Below are positions 15,950 through 24,494 of a DNA stretch of 32,000 nt, one piece after another. Position 1 is the stretch's first letter; each line of letters begins with the position of its first letter. The stretch comes from Schaalia meyeri. GTDB lineage: Bacteria; Actinomycetota; Actinomycetes; Actinomycetales; Actinomycetaceae. The translations under genes were made by a program, and so were the position numbers. The DNA is taken from the NCBI RefSeq assembly GCF_900105015.1, contig NZ_FNLK01000005.1:240001-272000 (forward strand), in the 5' to 3' direction. The notes under the pieces are model-generated. The model ran no database searches, was not told where the DNA came from, and saw only the letters and a list, made by a program, of their open reading frames with translations.

Positions 15950-17028
15950 GCGGCAATGCCGATAGCTCGGGCCGCCTCGACCAGCTCCGAGAAAGAAACG
16001 GCTTCGATGCGCGGGTTTGCGACGCCGTCCAAGAGGACGAAGCGCGGCACACCGCGGCGCACCTTCTTGTCGGATGCCATGATCTGCGTCAATTCGTCAA
16101 GGTTAGTGTCCTCGTATCGGATGGGCAGGCCAACGCGGGAGAAGAGAGCGTCGTGGCGCGTAACCTCTGCTGCGCTCACAAGTCCTCGCCCTGCGGCCAA
16201 ACGGGCCGCAAAGCAGCACCCCACGGCCACCGCGTCACCGTGCCGCCACGTGTAGTTGTTCGCCCTCTCGATCGCGTGTGCGAGGGTGTGCCCGTAGTTG
16301 AGAATCTCCCGTAGCCCGCCCTCGGTGAGGTCTGCGGAGACCACGCGCGCCTTGACAGCGACTGCCCGAGTCGTGATATCTCGCAGCTGCGAGCTGTGTG
16401 CGTCGAGCAGCGTTTCAGCATCGGTCTGCTCAACGACCGTGAGGATCTCAGGGTCGGCGATGAACCCGCATTTGATGATTTCTGCGGCGCCTGCGGCCAG
16501 GTCGCGGCACGGCAGCGTAGCCAGCAGGTCCATGTCCGCAATGACGGCCGCAGCGGGGTAGAACGAGCCGACCATGTTCTTGCCGGCACAGGTGTTGATG
16601 CCTGTCTTACCGCCGACCGCAGCGTCCACCATCGCCAGCAGAGTTGACGGAACATTGATGAGGGTGACACCACGCAGCCACGTGGCCGCGAGAAAGCCAG
16701 CCATGTCTGTCGTAGCTCCGCCGCCCATCGCGATGATCGCATCCTTCCGCCCGAGTTGGAGCTGCCCGCACCTGTCCCACAGGGATGCCACGACCTCGAT
16801 CGTTTTTCCTGCTTCGGCATCCGGGTGGTCGGCGGTGTCCACCCGGTAACCGAGCGACCTCAGGTGGTCGGCCAGCATCGCTGCTCGCTGGGCGAGTGGG
16901 CTCGCATGGACGATGAGAACCTTGGTGGCCGCTTCATCGAGCGCAGCAACGATGGGAGTGAAACCCAGGTCGCGACCAACGGTGATCGTTGAGGGTTGCG
17001 TACCAGTGACGGTAATAATGGTGCTCAT
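15946..17028 (-). CDS. aroB: 3-dehydroquinate synthase
   Basis: 360 aa. AroB motifs are present: GGGATTDMAGFLAATWLRGV, VDAAVGGKTGIN, NYGHTLAHAIE, HGDAVAVG. Confidence 0.92.
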   Translation of the reverse strand: MSTIITVTGTQPSTITVGRDLGFTPIVAALDEAATKVLIVHASPLAQRAAMLADHLRSLGYRVDTADHPDAEAGKTIEVVASLWDRCGQLQLGRKDAIIAMGGGATTDMAGFLAATWLRGVTLINVPSTLLAMVDAAVGGKTGINTCAGKNMVGSFYPAAAVIADMDLLATLPCRDLAAGAAEIIKCGFIADPEILTVVEQTDAETLLDAHSSQLRDITTRAVAVKARVVSADLTEGGLREILNYGHTLAHAIERANNYTWRHGDAVAVGCCFAARLAAGRGLVSAAEVTRHDALFSRVGLPIRYEDTNLDELTQIMASDKKVRRGVPRFVLLDGVANPRIEAVSFSELVEAARAIGIAA

Positions 17029-17531
17029 AGCTGTTCCAGGTTCTCGATGATGGTGGCGACCACGTCGGTGGCGGGGCCAGGACCCGTAGGGACGACGAAC
17101 GTCGCGACGGCGCGGTAGTGGTGCTCGCGTTGGCGCCGCAGACGAAAAAGAGCCTCGGAGGGGCCATCCGCGAGCAGCGGTCTGTGCGTCTTCGACGCGG
17201 TGCGCCGCACCAGCTCGTCGTGCGGCGCGTCAATGTAGACGACGGTGTGTCCCAATAAAAGCTCGCGGACTGCTTCGCTTGCGGCGGCTCCCCCGCCCAG
17301 GGAAACCACCGCCTCCTCCCGCAGCGCATCTGCGACAGCATGCACCTCGAGGGCTCGAAATGCCGCCTCGCCGTCGGTGAAGATCTCGGCGATCGATCGC
17401 CCCTCTCGCTGAACGATGAGGTCATCCGTGTCAATGTGAGCGGTGCTAAGGCGGTGCGCGAGCACTCGCCCAACCGTCGACTTACCCGCACCGGGAAGCC
17501 CGACGAGGACGATGGGCAGGGCGACACTCAT
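17025..17531 (-). CDS. aroK: shikimate kinase
   Basis: MSVALPIVLVGLPGAGKSTVGRVLAHRLSTAHIDTDDLIVQREGRSIAEIFTDGEAAFRALE...SLGGGA. The ATG at 17531 forms an ATGA overlap with the aroC stop. The longer track ORF (to 17747) would run antisense-free through the aroC 3' end and is Arg-rich nonsense. Confidence 0.88.
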   Translation of the reverse strand: MSVALPIVLVGLPGAGKSTVGRVLAHRLSTAHIDTDDLIVQREGRSIAEIFTDGEAAFRALEVHAVADALREEAVVSLGGGAAASEAVRELLLGHTVVYIDAPHDELVRRTASKTHRPLLADGPSEALFRLRRQREHHYRAVATFVVPTGPGPATDVVATIIENLEQL

Positions 17532-18739
17532 GCGCGCTCTTCCACGCGAGCCATGTAGGACCTCAGGTTCCGGCGCATCTCCCCGATCGAGCGACCGCCG
17601 GCGTGATCTGAGAGGGCGTCGGCGAGAACGAGGGCAACCTCGGCCTCGCAGATGATAGCCCCGGGAACGACCTGGCACGTATCCGAGCGCTGATGGAACC
17701 CGACGGTTTCTTCTCCGGTCGCCATATCGACGCTGCGCAGCGCGCACGGGACAGTCGAAATGGGCTTGAATGCTGCGCGAGCCACAATGGGGGCTCCGTT
17801 CGACGTTCCCCCCTCGATGCCACCCGCGTGGTTTGACGCGCGCGTCAAATGTCCGCCATCACCGCTAACAATCTCGTCGTGCGCCGCGGAACCCGGCAGC
17901 GCGGCCTGGGCAAATCCATCGCCGATCTCGACTCCTTTGACTGACTGGATGGACATGAGAGCGCCGGCGATTCGTGCATCCAATCGTTCCCGCGCAGTCA
18001 CGTGCGATCCGAGTCCAACCGGCACGCCGTACGCGATGACCTCGGCGACACCGCCGATCGTGTCACCCGAGCGCCGTGCCTCGTCGACGGCCGCCTCAAA
18101 GCGCGCGTTATCCGAGGGGTCGAGCGTTCGCATCGAGGCCGCGCATAGCACTTCCTCGTCGGCGGGAGTGGGAACGAGCGAGGCCCGGGCGCGCTGGCCG
18201 CCGACCGCGAGGACGCGCGAGACCAGGTGGGCATCGGCAACCTGCGCCAACAGGGCTTTCGCCAACGCGCCGAGCGCGACGCGAGCCGCCGTCTCGCGGG
18301 CGCTGGCGCGCTCAAGCACCGGCCTGGCCTCGGGGAGGTCGTAGGAGAGCATGCCGGGCAAATCCGCGTGTCCGGGGCGGGGCCTGGTCAGGGGGCGGTT
18401 GCGGGCGATCTCGCGTTCGTCGCCCGAGCCTGCGTTGATGAGCAGGGCCCGCGGATCCACGGGGTCGGCGCTCATGACCGTCTCCCACGCGGGCCATTCA
18501 GAGTTCGCGATCCGTATCGCGACGGGCGCACCCGTCGTCAGGCCGTGCCGCACCCCGGCGAGGATCGTCGCCTCGTCCGCTTCAAACTTCTGGCGTGCAC
18601 CGCGTCCGTAGCCCAGGCGGCGATGGGCGAGTCCCAGGCGCACGTCCTCGGTCGTGATCCGCAAGCCCGAGGGCAACCCCTCGATGGTTGCGATCAACGC
18701 GGGCCCATGCGACTCTCCGGCGGTCATCCATCTCAGCAT
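17528..18739 (-). CDS. aroC: chorismate synthase
   Basis: 403 aa. MLRWMTAGESHGPALIATIEGLPSG..., RRLGYGRGARQKFE and GRSDTCQVVPGAIICEA-type motifs. Confidence 0.95.
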   Translation of the reverse strand: MLRWMTAGESHGPALIATIEGLPSGLRITTEDVRLGLAHRRLGYGRGARQKFEADEATILAGVRHGLTTGAPVAIRIANSEWPAWETVMSADPVDPRALLINAGSGDEREIARNRPLTRPRPGHADLPGMLSYDLPEARPVLERASARETAARVALGALAKALLAQVADAHLVSRVLAVGGQRARASLVPTPADEEVLCAASMRTLDPSDNARFEAAVDEARRSGDTIGGVAEVIAYGVPVGLGSHVTARERLDARIAGALMSIQSVKGVEIGDGFAQAALPGSAAHDEIVSGDGGHLTRASNHAGGIEGGTSNGAPIVARAAFKPISTVPCALRSVDMATGEETVGFHQRSDTCQVVPGAIICEAEVALVLADALSDHAGGRSIGEMRRNLRSYMARVEERA

Positions 18740-18796
18740 GTCCCCCAGTGTCCCACAACGCTCTCGCCTCCCGCCCGGTGGCTCTCACGGGGTGAA

Positions 18797-19849
18797 CTAC
18801 TGCGATTGAGCGGAATTACCCGCGGATTGCCCGCCCCCGGGTTCGGTGCCCAAAATGTCGATGACGATGCACAAAGTGTCGTCGCCGGCGGCCAAGTTCG
18901 GGGGAATAGTGATAGCGAGGCGCGAACCGACCTTCTGATCGACCAGCGCGGACACGAGTCCGCGCATCGCGGTATTTAGATTGACCACTTCGGGGACCCC
19001 CGTCTCCCACGTGGACACCCGCACGCCGCCGTCACTCCACCCCACGACCGTGAACTGTGCGACGACGCGATCACCGTCATGGACCTGGACGCCTTCGCCC
19101 TTGATGAGGGTCTGTGTCGTCACTCCGCCCGGGAGAGTGCTGCCGTGGCTGATAAGGGGACCTTCGGGACTTATTTCGACGCTGAGCGGACCCACGCTTG
19201 CGTCGACCGCCGTGCCCGTGGCGATGGAGGGCAGGATGTCGACGACATCTACTTCGACCTTGTTCTCGGAACTATCCGAGCCTTCGGCTGGTGCGATCGT
19301 GCGAAAAGCGAGCAGTCGCGACCCCTCATGTTTGCCGATCACCATGCGCGCCAGCTCCGCGTTGATCTGGTCGGAACCGACGATGCCCAGGCTCATTTGC
19401 GGGCGGCCCGACTCTGAGAGCATGCGTCCGCTGGAGCCATCGAACGCAGTGATGGCAACGAGAACCGGCGACCCCTCCGTTATCTCGCGACCGCTACCTT
19501 CCTCGATGACACGAGCTTTGAAACTGTCTACCTCAAGGGGAGCCTTGATGTTGATCGTGGGTGTCGCCCCGACGCGTCCGGAAACACTGACACGTTCAAA
19601 CAGGGGAAGCAGGGTCGACTGAGTGACTGCCTCCGGAGCCAGAGTCGGCTCCCGCGGTGTCGTCGGCCATAATGCCCACCACACGATTCCCACCCCGCCC
19701 CCGATCAGGATGATGGCGAAGAGGAAGCGAGAAAGGACCGATGCGCGCGATGGGCCACGCTGGCGCGCGGCCCTCGCGGCCGCCCGCTGGGAGGAGCCTT
19801 CCGAGCGGGCAGCGCTCTTCGGATCTGGGGTGGACGATGTGTGGCTCAT
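18797..19849 (-). CDS. membrane-anchored protein with tandem FKBP-type peptidyl-prolyl isomerase-like domains
   Basis: 350 aa. It has a basic N-terminus, then one TM helix (LSRFLFAIILIGGGVGIVWWALW), then two FKBP-like modules (VIEEGSGREITEGSPVLVAITAFDG...; TQTLIKGEGVQVHDGDRVVAQFTVVGW...VGSRLAITIPPNLAAGDDTLCIVIDIL). The ATGA start overlaps the pafA stop (19846-19849). Confidence 0.6.
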   Translation of the reverse strand: MSHTSSTPDPKSAARSEGSSQRAAARAARQRGPSRASVLSRFLFAIILIGGGVGIVWWALWPTTPREPTLAPEAVTQSTLLPLFERVSVSGRVGATPTINIKAPLEVDSFKARVIEEGSGREITEGSPVLVAITAFDGSSGRMLSESGRPQMSLGIVGSDQINAELARMVIGKHEGSRLLAFRTIAPAEGSDSSENKVEVDVVDILPSIATGTAVDASVGPLSVEISPEGPLISHGSTLPGGVTTQTLIKGEGVQVHDGDRVVAQFTVVGWSDGGVRVSTWETGVPEVVNLNTAMRGLVSALVDQKVGSRLAITIPPNLAAGDDTLCIVIDILGTEPGGGQSAGNSAQSQ

Positions 19850-21231
19850 GCGGGAATCGTAGGAGACTGTGCATTAATCTGCGCGATGAGTCCATCGACG
19901 CGCGGGTCGACCGTGGCCAACGGATCCTGGAGGGACAGCGGAATAGTGCCGGAACCGTCCAGACGCACGTGTACCCAGTCGACGCTCAGGTCCGCCCGCG
20001 CATCCTCGGCCGCAGCGATGATGCGTCCACGCAGCGCAGCGCGCGTTGTGGCGGGAGGAGTCGTTTCGGCACGCGCAACCGCCTCCGCTGTCGTCAGGCG
20101 GCGCATGAGGCCGCCACGCTCCATCCGTTCGCGCAATCCCTGCGCCGTGATGTCACAATAGGACAGCTCGAGGCGCGCCACGCGCGGATCCGACAGATCG
20201 ACTCCGGCGCGGGCGCAGTAGGACGACAGCAGCTTGCGCTTGATCGCGATATCAAGCTCGGTTTCAATGCCGCTCCAATCCCCGCTCGCGATAGCGTCCA
20301 GACCCCTCCCCCACAGGTCGACCACGTAGGCCCGCATGGGATCCAGCTCGGCGGGCGCGATGCGTGAGAGCACCCGCTCGCGGATCTCTTGCTGCAACGC
20401 AACGGCACTTGTGAGCCTGCCGCTGGCCAGTTCAATGGGGGCGCCGCCCGTCAGATCAGCATTAATCTCGCGAATTGAGCGCATTGGGTCCGCGAGGGCG
20501 AGATCCTCCATGCGTAACCCATCCTCGATCGCGCCGATCAGCAGCTCGGTCATCCCCACCTTCAGGGCGGTGGTGGGTTCCGCAACGTTCGTATCGCCGA
20601 CGATCACGTGCATACGTCGAAACGCGCCGGAGTCGGCCAGTGCCTCGTCACGCGTATTGATGATGGGACGAGAGCGCGTGGTCGCCGAGGACACCGAATC
20701 CCACATCTGGTCGGCGCGCTGGGAGAACTGGAGGCAAGGGGACGCGGTGGCGGTGTTGATCCAGCCGTTGCCCACCAGGATCTGGCGCGTCACAAAGAAC
20801 GCGACAAGCGCGTCAGCGACCTGACGGAAGTCGCGCCGACGGTGAAGCAAATAGTTCTCGTGACAGCCATAGGAATTGCCCTGCGAATCCAGATTGTTCC
20901 GGAATAGATGGATCTGCAGGTCGGTGCCCAGCTCCAAGAGAGCCCGATCCGCTTGCGAGGCCAGGCCGGCAAGCATCGACGAGCCGGCGCGGTCCTGCTC
21001 AAGCAGATCCTCCAGCCGATCGCATTCGGCAGTCGCGTACTCGGGGTGTGCTCCAACGTCCAGGTAGAGGCGTCCGCCGTTGCGCAGGAATAGGTTCGAC
21101 GAGCGACCCTGGTGGGTCAGTGGCTCGAAAAGCTGGCGAGCGGCGTGCTCAGCGTCCATCGGGGCGCCACCGGTTGGAGAAGCGGACGTGAGCCCGTACT
21201 CCGTTTCGATGCCGAAAACTCGACGCCTCAC
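19846..21231 (-). CDS. pafA: Pup-protein ligase PafA
   Basis: 461 aa with a GTG start. RRRVFGIETEYGLT..., NGGRLYLDVGAHPEYATAECD, NSYGCHENYL, ATTRSRPIINTRDEALAD and RRMHVIVGD closely parallel mycobacterial PafA. Confidence 0.92.
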   Translation of the reverse strand: MRRRVFGIETEYGLTSASPTGGAPMDAEHAARQLFEPLTHQGRSSNLFLRNGGRLYLDVGAHPEYATAECDRLEDLLEQDRAGSSMLAGLASQADRALLELGTDLQIHLFRNNLDSQGNSYGCHENYLLHRRRDFRQVADALVAFFVTRQILVGNGWINTATASPCLQFSQRADQMWDSVSSATTRSRPIINTRDEALADSGAFRRMHVIVGDTNVAEPTTALKVGMTELLIGAIEDGLRMEDLALADPMRSIREINADLTGGAPIELASGRLTSAVALQQEIRERVLSRIAPAELDPMRAYVVDLWGRGLDAIASGDWSGIETELDIAIKRKLLSSYCARAGVDLSDPRVARLELSYCDITAQGLRERMERGGLMRRLTTAEAVARAETTPPATTRAALRGRIIAAAEDARADLSVDWVHVRLDGSGTIPLSLQDPLATVDPRVDGLIAQINAQSPTIPA

Positions 21232-21232
21232 C

Positions 21233-21409
21233 TCACTGGCCGCCCTTCTGAACGAATCCCTGAACGAATGCCTCCGCGTTGGTCTCCAGGACCGAGTCGA
21301 TTTCGTCCAGCAGCGAGTCTATCGAGGAGGTACGTGCCTGGACGCGCCCCGCGCTGTCCTGCACCTCGTCGTCGGGGTTGGGGGCTCCGGCAAAAATCTG
21401 GTTCGACAT
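21233..21409 (-). CDS. pup: prokaryotic ubiquitin-like protein Pup (58 aa, below the ORF-track cut-off)
   Basis: The minus-strand ATG at 21409 gives MSNQIFAGAPNPDDEVQDSAGRVQARTSSIDSLLDEIDSVLETNAEAFVQGFVQKGGQ*. It shows the conserved LLDEIDxVLExNAExFVxxxVQKGGQ C-terminus. It sits between dop and pafA, and its stop is 1 nt before the pafA GTG. Confidence 0.9.
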   Translation of the reverse strand: MSNQIFAGAPNPDDEVQDSAGRVQARTSSIDSLLDEIDSVLETNAEAFVQGFVQKGGQ

Positions 21410-21432
21410 GTTGCTCTCTTCTTTCGTTCGTT

Positions 21433-22953
21433 TTAGCGGGTGGACGTGTCGCGCGCGTTAGCGATCGGGAAACGGACCAGGTCGCCCGAACCGGGATCGA
21501 AGACGAGCGAAGTCCACGAAGCCTTGACCAAATCGGGACGGTTCGCGACCGCCCAGCCACGCACCCGTGCACGCGTATTCGTCGGCGCACAGTCCGCAGC
21601 GTGCTCGACCTCCTCGTCGGTGACCAGACGCGTCACCATCCCAGCTTTCGCCAGCCGGTAGGCCAAACCGCGGCTGGGTCGCAGGTCCGCCCACTGAAGA
21701 TCGATGGCTGCCAGACGCGGATCCTTCCAGTTGAGGCCAGCGCGTTCCTTCTGGCGTTTGACGAGCTGGTACTTGGCGACCCATTCGACATCGGAGGCAA
21801 CCGAGAACAGATCTGCGCGCATCCGATCCAGGACGGACTGCCAGAGCGTCAGGATCTCCCGGTCTGCGTCCGTGGGTTGTGCGCCGGTGCCTGCGAAGGT
21901 ATCGAGCACCAGGTCGAGATAGATCTGCTGGATTTCGGCGGCGGTGTAGGACCCGCCCGCGGTGCTCACCGTGTAATCGAGATCGGGGTGGTGAGAGACG
22001 TTCCAGGTCTCTTGGACCGGATCGTCCATGGCCACGCTGTCCCAGCGCATGTCCATACCCTGCTCGATCGCCCACAAAACGAGCGACGTCGTGCCGAAAC
22101 GCAGGAACGCCGACACGTCGAACATGTTGCCGTCGCCGCCGATAACGTGCAGCCGACGGAACTGAGCGGGATCCGCGTGCGGTTCGTCGCGCGTGTTGAT
22201 AATCGGTCGGTTAAACGTCGTCTCGAGGCCGACCTCATTCTCGACGAAGTCTGCGCGCTGAGACATCTGGAAGCCCGGAACCTCGCTCTTTTGGCCTCTG
22301 CCGACGCGGCCGGCACCGCAGATGACGGGCCGAGTGACCATGAAGGGCGTCAAACCGCGGACGATCGCATCAAGGTCGGTGGCGCGAGGCATCTGATAGT
22401 TCTCGTGAGTCCCATACGCGGCCCCCTTGCCATCGGTGTTGTTTTTCACCAGCACGATGGGGGCCTCCCCCTGTTGCTCAAGCCGCTCCATGACGCGACG
22501 TGCAACGACCTCGCCCGCACGGTCCCACAGCAGGGCGTCTCGGGCGCCGAGCGTCTCGGGCGCCGAGTACTCGGGGTGGGCGTGGTCGACATACAGACGC
22601 GCCCCGTTGGTTAGCACCGCCGCCGTCGCGGCGGGCAGGGCCATCTCCTCAGCCGTCGGCCTGGGGACGCGTTCGCTGCCACCGGAAGGAGCGAGATGAT
22701 AGGGGTCGTCAGTTAGCAGGGAAGGGTCCACAGTAGCGCGTGACATGCGCATTCCCCGCAGGTCATTGAGCGGATCCTCACCTGCGTAGTCCCAGCGCAC
22801 GACCCCCCGCGCCTCGGAGACGGTCCCAACTCGGCTGATCTCGCCGTAGGCGGAAACCACCCTCGTGGACAGGGCGATAGGATTCGCCCACGCGTCGCCC
22901 GGCCGGTAGACCCCGTATTCGGTCTCCGTTCCGATAATGCGTTCGCTGCTCAT
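21433..22953 (-). CDS. dop: Pup deamidase/depupylase Dop
   Basis: 506 aa. RIIGTETEYGV..., LTNGARLYVDHAHPEYSAPE, KGAAYGTHENYQM, FNRPIINTRDEPHADP and RRLHVIGGD parallel mycobacterial Dop. Confidence 0.92.
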   Translation of the reverse strand: MSSERIIGTETEYGVYRPGDAWANPIALSTRVVSAYGEISRVGTVSEARGVVRWDYAGEDPLNDLRGMRMSRATVDPSLLTDDPYHLAPSGGSERVPRPTAEEMALPAATAAVLTNGARLYVDHAHPEYSAPETLGARDALLWDRAGEVVARRVMERLEQQGEAPIVLVKNNTDGKGAAYGTHENYQMPRATDLDAIVRGLTPFMVTRPVICGAGRVGRGQKSEVPGFQMSQRADFVENEVGLETTFNRPIINTRDEPHADPAQFRRLHVIGGDGNMFDVSAFLRFGTTSLVLWAIEQGMDMRWDSVAMDDPVQETWNVSHHPDLDYTVSTAGGSYTAAEIQQIYLDLVLDTFAGTGAQPTDADREILTLWQSVLDRMRADLFSVASDVEWVAKYQLVKRQKERAGLNWKDPRLAAIDLQWADLRPSRGLAYRLAKAGMVTRLVTDEEVEHAADCAPTNTRARVRGWAVANRPDLVKASWTSLVFDPGSGDLVRFPIANARDTSTR

Positions 22954-24494
22954 TTGATTGTCCCAATCGGCTTGACGCTGACAATCTCGGGCGCAAGCCC
23001 GCTCGTGCGAGCCCAGTCCTCCGGCGACGAGGTTGCAGCCAGCTCCAGGGACTCGGCCATTTCCTCGTGCACGCCGTGCAGCAGGTGTTCCATGCTCAAC
23101 CCGTTTGAGGCGCCGGACAGGGCATCCTTGATGGCGTACTTTTTCGCGCGTTCCACGATGCCTGCAATCAGTGCCCCCGATACCAGGTCGGAGAGGTAGA
23201 TCCGCTTGTGGTCGCCGCTAACGAGGGTGGCAAGGAACAGGGCGGTCGTCTCGTTACGGGCATACAGCGCGTCAACTGCGTGCCTACTCATGCCCGCCGC
23301 AGCCTCAGCGACCCCACCGAAGCGTTCAATCTCGACCGCGCTAATCGGCACCGCGGGGGTGAGGTACTTCGAGAAGATGTCGAGGGCACCCGCCCGGTCG
23401 GGTCGATCGACCCTGATACGCACGTCCAGACGTCCCGGACGCAAAACCGCCGGATCGATCATGTCAGCTCGGTTTGACGCTCCGATGATGACGACGTTAT
23501 CGAGGGATTCGACGCCGTCCATTTCGGCGAGCAGCTGGGGAACGATCATGGTTTCTACGTCCGAGGAGACCCCGGTACCGCGCGTTCGGAACAGCGCCTC
23601 CATCTCGTCGAAGAAAACAACCACGGGGGTGTCTGTGGCGGCCAGTGTGCGCGCACGCGCAAAGATGGCGCGAATCTGGCGCTCTGTCTCACCCACGAAC
23701 TTGTTCAGCAGCTCGGGTCCCTTAATCGACAGGAAGAACGTCGACGCTCCGCCACGCTTCGACAATGAGTTCGCCACTGCTTTAGCGATCAGGGTCTTGC
23801 CCGATCCGGGGGGACCGTAGAGCAAAATTCCCTTGGGAGGCCGCAAACCAAAACGCCGATACAGATCCGGGTGGTTAAACGGCATCTCGATCGAGTCGCG
23901 CACCTGAGCGATCTGTTCGTCGAGGCCCCCGATATCCGCGTACGTGACGTCGGGGATCTCGGGGGTCAGGAGCTGCTCCACGTCTTCGCGCACGACGCGT
24001 TCCAGTGCGATCCCAGCGCGCGGGTTGGCGACAAGCGAATCACCTGGACGCAGGTTGCCGTGACGCAACGGCCCGGCCAGTTCAAGGAGCGTTTCCGCGC
24101 CGCCCTCGGTCGCAACGAGCACGCGGTCGTCGCCCACCATTTCCAAGACGGATACGACCTGACCAGACCGAGCGAAGCCGTCGGCGGCGACAGCAACCAT
24201 CGTGTCGTCAAGGCGCACCCACTGACCGTAGGACAGATCCGCCACGTCAAGCTTCGATGAGACGGCGACACGCATCCGCTTCCCACCCGTCACCACCTCA
24301 ATCTGACGCGACGAGGGGTAGGCTCGAACAAACGTCGCGAGGGTCTGCGGCGGGCGCGAAATATCCGCAAGTTCGCCCTGCAAACGGATGAGCTCGGTGC
24401 GCGCCGCGGTCAGGGCGCTCGTGAGCCGCCGGTTTTTTTCCTGGAGCGAGATAAGGCGCCGCTCCAGCGCCTCGTGCTCCGCTTCGTCATTCAT
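22950..24494 (-). CDS. arc: AAA ATPase forming ring-shaped complexes (ARC/Mpa homolog)
   Basis: N-terminal coiled coil (LERRLISLQEKNRRLTSALTAARTELIRLQGEL), OB domains, and an AAA module (GILLYGPPGSGKTLIAKAVA; VVFFDEMEA). The ATG at 24494 (MNDEAEHE...) is preferred over the track start at 24542. The C-terminus is ...VKPIGTIK. Confidence 0.9.
   Translation of the reverse strand: MNDEAEHEALERRLISLQEKNRRLTSALTAARTELIRLQGELADISRPPQTLATFVRAYPSSRQIEVVTGGKRMRVAVSSKLDVADLSYGQWVRLDDTMVAVAADGFARSGQVVSVLEMVGDDRVLVATEGGAETLLELAGPLRHGNLRPGDSLVANPRAGIALERVVREDVEQLLTPEIPDVTYADIGGLDEQIAQVRDSIEMPFNHPDLYRRFGLRPPKGILLYGPPGSGKTLIAKAVANSLSKRGGASTFFLSIKGPELLNKFVGETERQIRAIFARARTLAATDTPVVVFFDEMEALFRTRGTGVSSDVETMIVPQLLAEMDGVESLDNVVIIGASNRADMIDPAVLRPGRLDVRIRVDRPDRAGALDIFSKYLTPAVPISAVEIERFGGVAEAAAGMSRHAVDALYARNETTALFLATLVSGDHKRIYLSDLVSGALIAGIVERAKKYAIKDALSGASNGLSMEHLLHGVHEEMAESLELAATSSPEDWARTSGLAPEIVSVKPIGTIK

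Noticed and set aside
21248-21271. A tandem 12-mer, CTGAACGAATCC CTGAACGAATGC, inside the pup region.
   Set aside because: It simply encodes the conserved FVQGFVQ part of the Pup C-terminus on the opposite strand, so it is not an independent repeat element.
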